Under the pieces are notes generated by a model. That model saw nothing but the letters and a program-made list of their open reading frames with translations, did not search any database and was not told where the DNA came from. From contig CM022674.1 in NCBI GenBank assembly GCA_012295275.1, positions 4,712,001-4,776,000 of the forward strand: DNA of 64,000 bases. The letters run 5' to 3'. This stretch comes from Chrysomallon squamiferum (lineage: Eukaryota > Animalia > Mollusca). The translations under genes and the position numbers were made by a program. Below, in pieces: positions 30,640 to 44,536 of this stretch (positions within the stretch are counted from its first letter, which is position 1; every line of letters begins with the position of its first letter).

Positions 30640-30983
30640 ATGAAAAAGTCTTGTAACAGTGTTATTTTATTTTATATATTTTTTTATTAGCAAAGCTTCG
30701 AGGCTCGAAACAGCAAGATAATAATATGGAAGCATAAAGAATTTTATCAGAGAGTTTATTTGTTTCCGCCACGAGTAAAGTTTAATAATTTAGCATGTTG
30801 TAGATAGATATCCTTGATTCAAAGAAAATCGTTTAAAAAAAGAATAGAAAAAAAAAAAAAAAAAAATTTAAAAAATATAAATAAATAAATAAATAAGAAG
30901 AAGAATAACAAAACCAACAATAACAATAACAAAACAACAACAACAATAATAATAATAATAATAGCAGCAATAGTAATAGCAGC

Positions 30984-31037
<54 letters not shown>

Positions 31038-31450
31038 TATTATAATAATAATAATAATTCTTATTCCAAAACCAAAAAAAAAAATGAAATTTGAAAAAAA
31101 AATTAAAAAAATAATCAAAAAAAAAAAATTTTGCATTTGGGTTATACTTGATGAATTTATAAGAACCTCTACAGATATACTTCACAGAACACCAAGTTAC
31201 GGTTTAGTTATTAAACGCTGTAGATAAACTTTTTTTTGCCGCAGTTCTTTTCAGCCACTCGAGTTGAAGTTTATGAAAATGCAAAGATACTGCGACAGTA
31301 ATTGCTAGTTGTTGTTTTTTTTTACATGCGAGTATCCATTTTATCTGGATAAAACGATTCCAGATGGTTCGTCTTGCATCTCTTAGACATTTTAATTGAC
31401 GAGGCATATTTTTTTTTTAATTATTATTATTATTTTTTTTTGTACAATTT

Positions 31451-31495
<45 letters not shown>

Positions 31496-32432
31496 TATAT
31501 ATATATAAATAATTGTATTAATTCCTATTTTGATAATAAAATTTTTTTTTTTTTTTTTTTATGATTTTTTAATTATTATCATGCTCATTAGTGGATTTGA
31601 AACCCCAAAATCTAGACACAACGTCTGCTCTATGTTGACAATAACGGCTACTACGACGGCAACATTTTATGATTTTACATATTAATCATACATACATAAC
31701 AACATACATACATAACAACAGCTTAATCGGGGACGGGGGTGGATTTGTAAACCTATATATTCATATGTAATTATATCACAGATTATTTAAAGCCATAAAA
31801 TCGCACGTTGTTAAGTACATTGCATCCATTGCAGTATAGATTCCATTAAAGTCTTGAAATACTCGACGTAAGACCAAATGCAACCTGCGTTTCATGTAAT
31901 GACAGTATAAATAAAAGCGATATTTATAGAGTGCAGTTGCCATTAATAATTCGCTTGTCAATGCTGCTGAAATGACAAAACCAAAAAAATCTAAAATCTA
32001 AAGCACAGAAGTGCAGTTCAGACTGGTGTACTGGTGTACACTACAAACTTCAGTCTGCAGATATTTATATTATGCAGTGTATCTGTTAGATGTAGCGCAT
32101 GTTCATAATAAAGAAATTTTTATCTGAATGAACCCGTTAAAACCTGGGTGTTTTTTTTTTTTTTTTAATTAGCATAAAAGAATGTAAATGATAATAATAA
32201 TAATGAAATGATAAAACGAAAAATGTACTAGTGGAGTGTTATCAATGATGAAATTAATTTGACATGGAAGAGTTAAAAAAAAATAAAATAAAATAAAATA
32301 TATCTTTAATAAATTTTAAAAAAAAAAAATAATATATTTAATAAAATAAAAAATAAATCTATTTAATAAATAAAAAAAAAAAAAAATGAATACATTTAAT
32401 AAAATATAAAACAAAAAGAATAGATTTTTAAT

Positions 32433-32521
32433 TGTAATTTTAATTTTAAAATTTAATTTTAAAATTTTAATTTTAATTTTAATTTTAATTTCAATTTCAA
32501 TTTCAATTTTAATTTTAATTT
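32433..32521. repeat. (TTTTAA)n/(TTTCAA)n hexamer repeat
   Basis: Directly visible. Confidence 0.85.
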
Positions 32522-33054
32522 ATTTATCAATTTTTATTTAGTTAGGTAGTCAGTCAGTTCTTTTTTTTACTCATTTACTTACTTACTTACTTACTCAGTT
32601 ACCTTCTTATTTATTTATTTATTTATTTATTTACGTAGTTATTTATTACCTTTTGTATCTTCAAAGAGTTAACACTGAAATACATTCTATAAGTTTACTT
32701 CGACACTTGCACAGCTACACAGACTAATCCGCTCCCATTACTGACAAAATAACCACCATTAAGAAAGTGAGACTTAATGTCTCAGAAGTATTAAATGAAC
32801 CATAATGAATCTGAAATCAATGGGAATCTATTAAAAGAATAGTTTTAAAAAAGAAATATAATAATAATAATAATAATAATAAATATAATAATAATCATAA
32901 TAATAATAATAATAATAAAAATGAAAAATATAATGTTAACTATAAAATGTTATCAGATAGAAATAGGAATCCTGCTCTGTTAAAAACCCCATACCTGTAG
33001 CACATTAGATTAATGATAAATAAAACGTATAAAAGAAGATAAATTAAATGTAAG

Positions 33055-33091
<37 letters not shown>

Positions 33092-34139
33092 GGAAAATGA
33101 GAAAAAGAATAAAATAAAGAAAAACAACATAATATATGATTCGAAGGATTACCGATAACGTCACAGCTACAAAAAACCTTTAAAAAAAAAAAATACTCAA
33201 TATATTATCTGTTAAATAAATAACAATTCAAGTACATAAAACATAATAAAACAAAATCCATAACAAAAAAACTTGTACAATTAAAGAAACAAAAAAAAAA
33301 AAAAAAAAAAAAACGACAAATTCAAATCCGTAAAAAAAAAAAAAAAAAATTAAAAACATTCTTTTTGCTAGAATGCACCATATAATTAAACTTTCGTTTT
33401 TATCTTATGATTAGTTTAGCTCTGTCACCAGAAGAACCTGTTTATCAAGCCGAGTTTAAAAAAATAAATAAAAAAACGTACAGAGCCCAGTCTCGGAGAG
33501 ACCATCAGCGATATATCAATGGAAAAGTTACAATTAGGACACTCAGGACCCGATAAATCGTTGCGCCATTTTCATCAATAATGGCGGCAATTATACAGCA
33601 GACGACTTGACGGTAACAAAGTAAATGTTTCATTTCCAAAACGAAGTAGAATGAAACATACCAGACCCAGTCTTAAACATAACACGTTTCTGTCAGTGCA
33701 CCAGAATAAGTGTGCATAAGTGTATAAGTTGATAAAAATATATGTGTTTATACGAAAAGACGCCGATTTCATTCGATTAGAGGTAGTTCTAATACACAAC
33801 GCCGCTTAAAACTAGCAGCTGCACATGCGCAGTGAGATTAGTTACAACGTTCCCTTTTACCAATGACAGGTACGGGGGCATTGGTGATATATATATATAT
33901 ATATATATATTTAAACCGCGGTTTAATGAAATAAGCGGCGAACAGTAGACTTGAAGAGAATGAATAAAACATTAGATAAAAGGATATAAATATATGTATG
34001 TCGGTAAAACGTACGTACAGAAAGACAGACATTAGAACGAAACTGGAGAGAGGTTGTGGTGAGTGTTCTACAATTAGGTAAGCAGTCCGATAACTCAGAC
34101 AGAGAGAGAGAGAGAGAGAGAGGGAGGGAGGGAGGGAGG

Positions 34140-34211
<72 letters not shown>

Positions 34212-34755
34212 TTGATACTTAGAAGCAGAGAGAAAAAGACGAGAATGGACAGAGAGATATATACACAGATAGACAGACACACGGAGACACATAAAGAGAA
34301 TTAGAGAGACGGATGGATGGATGAATGAGTAAATAAATAAATATATATATATATATATATATAAATAATGAAAACACATTATGACCAATATAATAAACAA
34401 CGATGTAAGCTAATTAAAACAGAAAGAGAAAGAGAGAGAGAGCGAGCGAGAAAGAAAGAGAGAGAGAGAGAGAGAGAAATAAATCAATCAATCAATCAAT
34501 CAATCAATTAATAAATCACCGATAAATAAAGTAACAGAAGCTACAAACAAACCATCTTTCACTGGCATTGAAAAACACAAACATCATATTTTACACAAGT
34601 ATCAAACAAAACGCTAAACCGCTGCTTTTCAAGTATCGATTTTTTTTTTCTTCAGTTTTTCTCTATTCCAGCACAGAAAACTGCTCAAAGGTATAACAAT
34701 ACATATATATATATATTTTTACATATCGTATACCTGCACGACACGAATTTCTTAC

Positions 34756-34834
34756 CTTTTCTCTTCAGCAACAACGTAGTAGACGCATACATCCCCATCC
34801 TAGGCAGACGAAACTGCTCGTAAGCGCGCTCGAG
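34756..34834 (-). other. Candidate spliced exon (79 nt) of an unknown minus-strand transcript
   Basis: Strong donor AAG|GTAAGA (plus-strand tcttac|ctt at 34750-34758) and a possible acceptor ttttctag at 34835; GC-rich interior; no transcript evidence. Confidence 0.2.
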
Positions 34835-35190
34835 CTAGAAAATGATTTTCGAAATGTCTTGTCATCACATAGCGCAGCCTAGGTAGCGCGGCCATAACTG
34901 GTGCCATAACGATTGAAGGCTTATAAATTTTTACTGCAAGAAGATAGTTCCGGAGGAGAAAACCTCCCACATGTCATCTGTCAGTGAACTACTTTTCTAC
35001 TGCGGATGAATTAATCGGAACTCGAAGGTTTTTGTTTTTTGTAGTTAAACGGAGAACTTTTGCTTCGTCTGTTTGTTTCCATTTGTCACCGAAGATTGTT
35101 ACTGGTGGATTGAAGGATGGGTGATTGAATGATTTTGAGAATGAAGGTTTTTTTTTTTGTTGTTGTTGTTGTTGGTTTTCTATTATATAT

Positions 35191-35229
<39 letters not shown>

Positions 35230-35532
35230 TTCCTTTATTTATTTATTAATGAATTCATTTATTTATGAGTCTTTTATTTGTTTTTCTTGTTGTTGTTTTT
35301 TGGAGTGTTTCTTGTTTTATTTATTTATTTATTTATTTGATTTATTTTGGCTGTTAGGCTGGAGTGGTAATTTGTGTACTATAAAACAAATATGCCAGTA
35401 ATAAAAGAGACACAACTTTTAATCTTTGCCTTAAATTACAAACGCGCACAAATATAAATACTGTCCAGTCTAGAAAACTGAATGAATTAATAATTTACAA
35501 ATGAATGAATGAATGAATGAGAATAGATAGAC

Positions 35533-35934
<402 letters not shown>

Positions 35935-36830
35935 CAGAATACAGTCAAGAAAAAACAATGATGACAGCTCTTGATCACAAAAGTAGTTTGCACAAAACAT
36001 CTTCATCTTGTTTATCAACAACATAAAAACAACAACAACGACGTGAACAAAACAAACGATCTTCTGATACATTCATAATTTGATTTTGATTGAATTTTGA
36101 CTCCATGCATGCTCGACGGAGATCTATTTATTAAAAAAAATAAATTAGAATTTTGTACACATCGCTTACGGAATTGATTTAGATTTCAGAAACTCCATTT
36201 TTATTGTTTGAATCTCTCACAATTTTGAGATCATAAAAATATCCCGGTTCAGAGAGTATCGAAAAACATAAAAATTCCATAAATTCCCATTCTGAGGAAC
36301 GATAACATCTTTTTAATTTCTATCACATGGCGCTGTTTATGACAACAACAACAAAAAATAATAATAATAAAAATCAAGAAGAGTAGTAAATTTGCGAAAT
36401 TTTCCATATTTTTTGCATAACTTGGTAAAGATTAATGTAGTAAACTTTATATCTTTTCTTTCTTTTCTTCCTTTTTTTTAATTTTTTATTTATTTATTTA
36501 TTTTTTTTTTTTTTTTTTTTTGTACTTTTTTCTTCGTGAATTTCTTTCCTTATTTCTTTAGTTTATTTGTTAATTTCTTCGATCTTTCGTTTTTTTTTTT
36601 TTTTCTTCTTTCTTTCATTTATATTTTCATGTTTAATTTCTCTGCTTTATTCTGTTTCTTTGGATGAATGTTCTTCCTTTTGCCCTCCCTCTCCTAGTGT
36701 AGAATAATTTATTTTTCCTTTTATACTGTATTTGTCTCTTCGTTTTTTTTTTTGTTTTTTTTTAAATCTTATATAGCGTGTGTGGCAGATGATGTGTGTT
36801 ATTTCGTACACACACACAGAGACACACACA

Positions 36831-36832
<2 letters not shown>

Positions 36833-36921
<89 letters not shown>
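36833..36921. repeat. (CT)n microsatellite preceded by (CA)n
   Basis: Directly visible. Confidence 0.96.
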
Positions 36922-36927
<6 letters not shown>

Positions 36928-38740
36928 TTAACTCTGTCGATCTTCTTATATATCTGTCTGTCTGTTTGTTTGTCCATCTCCCTGCCTGCTATATTCTGTC
37001 TATGAGTCAGCACGACATACAGATAAAACGGCAAACTAAGACAGATAAATTAAAATGACAGACAAACAGATCAAAAGGACGGACAGACAGATAGATATTC
37101 AAACAGACAGACAGACAGACAGACTTATGAACCGATGGGAGACATTCAATCATATAATCTTACACCTACTGAAACACACTATAAACAGATAAATAAACAA
37201 AGAGACAGATCGATAGACATTCAGACAGACAGACAGACATTGAGGTAGATAAACTAAAAAGGGAAAGTCATTTACAAAACTAGCGAAAAACCACAACAAA
37301 AACAGCCAGAACAGTGAGTGAGATTCCAGTAATAATTTCATCCAACCATTCATTCGTACGTAATGCTGTCAGAAATTTGTTTCGTTTCTTGGCTATAATT
37401 TCTAACTCTTTATCGAGATGTCATTTAGCTTTGTCACGTACTTCGTGAGTTTATTAAACAGATTATTCTAGAAGCATCTAAATTATTTCCCTACACGTCA
37501 ACAGCATATGTATTTATAGCTAATAAAACAAGTTCCGATTAAAAGTGCACACGAAAACTGGGCCAGTTATGACACACAAATTAAATTTAAAAAATCAAAA
37601 CTAAAAATTTTTTTTTTTTTTTTTTTTTGCGACTGTTTAATTCTTCTCTACAGTTTCTGTTAATTTATTCGATTTCGGGTGACTTCCATGAACTTGGTCC
37701 TGTGGCAAAAAAAATCTGAGTGAAACAAAAAGAAGAAGAAGAAGAAGAAGAAAAAAAATGGCCGAAACTTGATCCCAATTATCAGTGTGGCTGCCAGGGT
37801 GAATATTTCTGTAACTGTGTCAGGTCGAATTACACATTTTTCGTTCTCGTGGAGTTGCGAAAAATCCAGCAAAAAAAACGATCGTTTGACTGTGACCCCA
37901 TTACACGAATCTGTGTCACGTGACACGGTAAAACGGCAAAAGAGCGCGACGCAAACTGGAGTAGACAATTCAGCGCAAAACAATTACGGTCCGTATTAGA
38001 ACACTGCAAGGAATCAGTAGAAAATTTTGCTTTTCAGGATTCCTGGAAATGTCATACTTCTTTTGAATCGCATTTGTCATGACTGGAGAATGATACAAGA
38101 AAAGAAGAAGAGAAAAAAAATATGTACGTAAAAAAGAAAAAAGAAAGAAAGAAAAAAGAGAAAAAAGAATAAGTCTATAATGATTATACCAGTTACATGG
38201 CAAAAAAAAAAAAAGGGGGTTTTGTTGCTTAGAAATAAAACACGTGGTTGGTCGATTGTAGACATGATCTGACTCTGAAGTTAAAAAAATAAAAAAATAA
38301 AAAATAAAAAAACCCAAAGAAAAACAACAAAAAAAGAACAAACCTATTTGATGTTTAATTGAATTTAAGAGAGAAAAATTTTAAACGTGGGAAAACGTAA
38401 ACTGTTAAAATTTTGAAACGTGAGGTAGACTTCGACCGATTAATTATGTATTAGAAAAAAAAAATATGATAGCTGAGATAATGATGGTTGCGTGGGATGA
38501 TTTGGTAGTTGCGTGGGATGATTTGATAGTTGCAAAGATAATGATGATGATGTTCGAGGTAACTGTCAAGATGTTATAACAATGATCGAAGTAGTCATTA
38601 AATGATTGCGATGATGATGTTGTCGTTGATGATGATGTTTGAGGTAGCTGAAAATATGATGACGATGAGATCAATGTTGTCGTTTGTGATAATGATACAA
38701 TCATGATGTTGATGTTGATAATGATGTTAATCGACTTTCC

Positions 38741-38773
<33 letters not shown>

Positions 38774-39526
38774 ATCATGGCGATAGTAACACGGCATTGA
38801 ATATAGTTATATAAAAATAAGGTTATGGTTGTCAAAATGTATAACACAGAAACATCAAATAACTATAATAATAAAAAAAATATATATTTTAAGATAATAT
38901 AATTAAATAAATACTTTACTATCATCATATAAAATATTTACCTTTTCTTTTTATAATACTGTCTGTTTTCTTTCTTCTGTTTTGTTATGTTTGTCGCTCT
39001 TAATTTCGCGTATCATATCTTTCCTTTAAACCAAATATGAACTGTTGTTTTCTTTCACTTCTGTATTCAAGACGTTCAGCTAAAGTTTACAGGTTTCTGC
39101 TTTAGTCTGCATAGCATTCCAAATGTATTTTCCGATGCCATAAGTTCCTGTGTTTTGTGAATATTAATGTATATGAGCTGTACAGAGATAGATAACCATA
39201 CGCGAACTATACAGGTTAATAATAGTCGTGACGTCATTGCATTATCCTCCGGTTACAGGTGACGTAATTTGTAAATAAACGCGAAGTATTTATGTACATC
39301 AGAAAAAGATCTTGTTTCTTTTTCATATGTATTTTGCCGAAAATAATGAGTTTTCGGATAATTACGGTGAAAACGGCAACGCTAATTATTACTGCTACTA
39401 CTACTACTACTACTACTACTAAATGCAAATATTTTCTCTGCTGAATAACATGACACGTAATTTTTTATTTTATTTTATTTTATTTTATTTATATTTATTT
39501 ATTTTATTTATTTTTTTTTTTTTATT

Positions 39527-39581
<55 letters not shown>

Positions 39582-41047
39582 TTTTTTTTTTCTTTGTTAT
39601 TATTATTTTTTTCTTTCGTTGCATGGCCCTGACAAAAACTACGGATATAAAACAGCTCTGTTTCTCTGAATCACAATAATAAATATATCTCGATATTTGA
39701 TTCCCTTGAGGTAATTACTTTGTTTCTCACACTCTCATCAGAAATCAAATAGATGTTTGGACAGATGGATGGACGGATGGATGAAAGGATGAATGAATGG
39801 AAGGATGGATGGATGAATAACTGGCGATCGAAGTGACTGAAGTAACGTGTATAGACGGAAACGAGTTCGATATTGCATAACCAAACACTGGAACACATAT
39901 TCAATGTGTCGTGAAATAATAGATTTATATCTTCCTTGGTCTTTATTCAAGGTATTGAATTCAATCGAGCCTGAAGAAAATACTTCAGGGTAAGTTAAAT
40001 ATATGGTATATATAGTTTTTTTTCTTCTTCTTCATCTTCCTTTATTTCTTTCTTTTTAATGTGTCGACCTTCAGTTAATGTAATCAAAGGAATCGTCGAC
40101 CTTTAATGATACCGCACTGAATTGTGGGTAATGACGCTAATTTAAAATAAATCAAGACGATGTTGATGTTGATGACGATGTTGTCGAAAATGATCATTAT
40201 TACGACGATGTTTCTAACAGTCATTGGGTGAAGATGATGATGATGATGGAAAGAGAAAAGAACAACTTAGACAATAAAGTTGATAACGTCGGCAGAGCTG
40301 ATGAGGGAAAAGTAGGACATTACTGAATTGTGATATTAAAAAAATGATGATGATGATGATGATGATGATGATAAAAATACAAAACGTCTGAGAATGTACG
40401 TATATTGAAACTGGTGATAATATAAACACTCCTTACTTTTTTAAAATCTTTTTCAATTTTTAATTTTTTTTTTTTTTTTGACGACGACTACAACGACGAC
40501 GATAACATCGTTCACGGAAACAGCGTTTGACCATTTGTTTAATAACAGATTGATCCCACGACAACAGCAACGACAGCTATCTCGAACAATCAATCATTTT
40601 TTTTTTTTCATTTTCCAGCGACACGATCTCTCAATACGTGAAAGATTTAACACAGCCCGTCAAAACTGAACACCGATAATCTCCACGGTAGTCCGGACAA
40701 ATAGCCGATAACGATCGCGTATAATCGTCCGCCATTTTTATTTATTTTTAGTTGATTTTGATTTATTTATCACCTTTTTCTTTTCCTTTTTTGTTTGTTT
40801 TTAAATTGTTTCCACTGTTACAAAAGCTATATCAGAGCCTAGTACAGGAACATGTTGCATTAATGAAAGGATATATCAAAATACAGCGTTTATTATTATT
40901 ATTATTTTTTTTTTTTTAAGTGCCGTAATGATATTACGATGTACTTCACTGAATTATTCAAATCCATAACAGGTCTCTTTGTTTGCTTTCGCAAGTGCCC
41001 TAACCTTATCGGCTGTTTATTTACAGAAGAACAAATTCGGTTTGTCT

Positions 41048-41092
<45 letters not shown>

Positions 41093-41147
41093 GCACACAC
41101 ACAGATATATTTATATCGAATTACTATATAAATTAACGTGATATAAA

Positions 41148-41225
41148 GTGGCTCATAGCTCAGCTGAAAAGCACTTGCTGACAAGTGAATGGTAGGTGGA
41201 TCGATACTCCATACTTCGGTCACAT
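41148..41225 (+). mobile_element. Remnant tRNA-like SINE head (Pol III A/B boxes)
   Basis: A-box-like tagctcagctgaaaagcac followed at tRNA-like spacing by B-box-like ggatcgatac; no cloverleaf, so not a tRNA gene. Confidence 0.5.
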
Positions 41226-42724
41226 CTCTCTTAAGTTCGTAAGTGTTTATTTTATTTTATTTTTTTTTTTTTCTACCTGCAAGAAAATGGATAGCGAAAA
41301 AAAAAAAAAATAAAAAAATAAAAAAATAAATCGTTTTGGACTAACCCAGATAGCGGCATGATTAGGAGAAAAGGTCGTAAGAACTAAAGTAGAGTTTTGT
41401 AACTGATTCCTTTGTTTCACTGTTTCTGATCGGAGTTCGTCAAACTTCGGCGGCTTCTCGCTAGAAAAACTAGGACACTGACCTCGATAACATCTTTCCC
41501 CTTTCCTCTTTGCGCACCGATACTGGTCATGATAACGTATTACTGTATCGCATGCAGTGTCTATATCGCTGCAGTATAGAATATCTGTTATTCCAGTTGG
41601 TTATAAATGACGTAATAATGTTTTTTTTTTTTTTTTTTTTTTTTGCTGGATGCCATTTGCTCTTGTTCTGTAAAATGCATATATATCATTACTCTTCTCG
41701 AAATGTCTTTATTTGTTCAGGGGGAAGCTGTAGAGTTTTGAACCATGATCCTCTACTGCTGACTTTTAGTAGCTTTTTTTAATTTATTTTACTTTATTGA
41801 ATTATCTTGAAAATGAAATAAAAAACAATTAAAAATAAATACTTTTTTGTAATAGAGTAGCGACAACAGCAACAGCGATTAGAGGATGCAGTTGTTGTAG
41901 TAGCAGTGGTGATAGTGGAGGTGCAGGTGGTGGTAGCAGTAATAGTAACAACATCGGTAGTAATAGAATTACATCGCACATGATTTATTACTATAAATAC
42001 AATCGTTAAACTCCGACACCTTTCGCATTTTTTCGGAGAACAAAAAACAAACAAACAACAATCGGTTATTCCCGTGAACAGCAAACAAAAAAACTAACAC
42101 CGACGAGTTTAACCGATGGGGGATTTCTAAACGTCATCGGGGGCTTAGCTAAGCCAATCTTTAAATAAACCCCTGCGAGGTTTATATTTAGTTTCTTCGC
42201 TTCTAATTACGGGAATATCCACAATCAATTTAACGGACGAGTGTGGCCAGAATTTCCAACATGGTCTTCAAGCCTGCGATTAAAACTGCAAACCATGTTG
42301 CACGCCTTAACAGAAGACAAGACTGCCCTTTAAGAAACCGCAGCAGACTCGACGCCCCTGGGCGAAAGAATACATGCGAAAGAGTTTTCCCAGCTACGGA
42401 ACTCAAGAATGCTAAATCCGCACCGACTTGCGCTTGTCGTACGCCCTGATATGAGCCCGCAGGAGATTATCAAAGAAGTATTCAAAGCGAACGAGAATAG
42501 AAAAGGAAAAATATAAGTTGTTTTCAAATCGAGAAAAAGAAAGAAAAAAAAAAAAAGAAAGTTTAAAAACATTAACATTCATCGAGAAAAACAAAATGGC
42601 GTGAAGAAGTTAAAATTAGGGTGTTAACCTAGACATTGTGTTGCCCGGGGGATTCCGAATTGGTGAACGGTAATTATGAGTATGATCTTATTATCTGTAG
42701 TGTTGACGTTGTTGTAGATGATAC

Positions 42725-42844
42725 GCAGACCTGTCACCTTCCGAAGACACACGTAATAACCATGTAGTCGTTGTTGTAGCTGATACTGTCGTTAACTGCA
42801 GACGTGTCACCTTCCGAAGACACATGTAATAACCATGTTGTCGC
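42725..42844. repeat. Direct duplication with about 73-bp period
   Basis: gcagac(c/g)tgtcaccttccgaagacaca(c/t)gtaataaccatgt at 42725 and 42798. Confidence 0.92.
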
Positions 42845-43769
42845 TGTTACTTATGTATGCTGTTTTTCTAATGCTAGAAAAACTACGATGATGACATTGG
42901 GAAAAACGACGATGACGTGATAGTAACAAAGAGGATGATGATGTCATAAATATGATATGACAATAACAACAACGACAAAAATGACAGTGTTGATAACGAT
43001 GGCGATGTAATCAACATTTCTAACTAAAATTATTAAGATGCTTATGGAAATATCAACGATTGTAGTTATCATTTTGATTTCCCAAGAAGCCAACCATAAT
43101 AATACAATAGCAAATAGAACAAAAAACAATTTTTTTTTTTTTTAAATTATCATTCTTTAACAAATGATTATATTTTTCAATTTATATTCAGTGAATAAAA
43201 AAATACCTAATAATAATAAAAAAAAAAAAAATTAATAAAAATTTTCAATTACGCTGAAGATGGAAAATAACACTTCAGGTTGAATATCGTGTTATTTTAG
43301 CGTTTTGAGAATGTTTACCGTAAACACTATTCGTTCACTTTCGGCAAACATCGTGGAACGTGCGTCACTACGTCGACGGCATGACACACACAAACTAAAC
43401 CACTATTTGAATGCGACGTGGTTTACATTCGCATGGAAATGTTAATGAAAAAACAATATCCTCGCAACGAAATTTTGTTTTATTTTAGCTCGGTCGCCTA
43501 TTTTCAGTGTTGATTAAGGAAATGAGAAAAAAAAAGGAAAGAAGAAAGAATGAGAGATAGAGACAAGGATAAATGGAAAGATAAATAGAATGATGGATAC
43601 TGATTTTGTTTATTTGTGTATTGAAAATAAAAGAATTAATTAATATTTGCCTCGAATTATTTTTCTATGTGGTTTGTCAACCGTCTGTTTGTCTTTCTAT
43701 CTTTCTCTCTCTGCTTTCTCCCTCTTTTTTATTTTTTTCTCTCTCTCCCTCTTTTTTTATGTCATCTGC

Positions 43770-43855
<86 letters not shown>

Positions 43856-44522
43856 GTGTCTATTACACAAAGTATGGAACCTTTAAGATTTGAAAAAGTG
43901 ATTTTAAATGGTTTCCAAAAGACGTCTTCGCCGGATTCTAAAATAACATGATTCTTCATTCATGTGGTTAATTTCTTTTAAAATGATTGCCCGTACAGTA
44001 AACAATTTGTTCCAAAAGCCATTTTCATTTACTAAATAAACACTTTAAAGAGGGTTTTAAAAAAGAAAAAAAAACAAGAAAAAAAAAACATTTACGTCTG
44101 GCTTTTTTTTTTAGCGAATACTGTTTACCGTAACTTCAATTTAATCAAACTTTAAACAATTTTGACCGATGCTCTCGGGATGCGGTCGGAAAGTAACGAA
44201 GAAGACGAAAAATTGAACAGCCATCTTACATCCGCTTGCAAGTATTTTTTTTTTTTTTTAACGTCCTGAAAACAGGTGATGACTATCGAGTGTTGTTTAA
44301 TCATGTTTACCCTGAAAGAAATTCAGATCTGGTCTTTGCTAAAGTCTGGGATTTTTGTTAATGACATGTTCAATTTAATCAGCGAAGATTAATGATATCC
44401 CCTGTTCCGCCGAGGCAAATACGTTTTTAGCGCAGAATATCAAATTTTGTAAAAAAAAAAGTGCTGCTCAGCATCAAGGCATCCTCGCGGCGAAGGATCA
44501 AGCATTACATCCCAAGATCTGC

Positions 44523-44536
44523 GTCGTCATGGAAAC
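44523..44536. promoter_or_regulatory. RFX X-box consensus match GTCGTCATGGAAAC
   Basis: Fits GTHNYY-AT-RRNAAC; lies in a CpG-rich unique island (about 44150-44650). Confidence 0.3.

Noticed and set aside
31590-31655. Reverse tRNA-like head (ggatttgaaacccc...ggctac)
   Set aside because: Too degenerate to call; at best another SINE relic
31926-31966. Minus-strand peptide SIDKRIINGNCTL resembling a trypsin activation site (R-IING)
   Set aside because: A stop codon follows immediately and no other serine-protease motifs were seen
41148-41225. Possible tRNA gene
   Set aside because: A/B-box-like motifs are present but no acceptor or anticodon stems form; better explained as a SINE head
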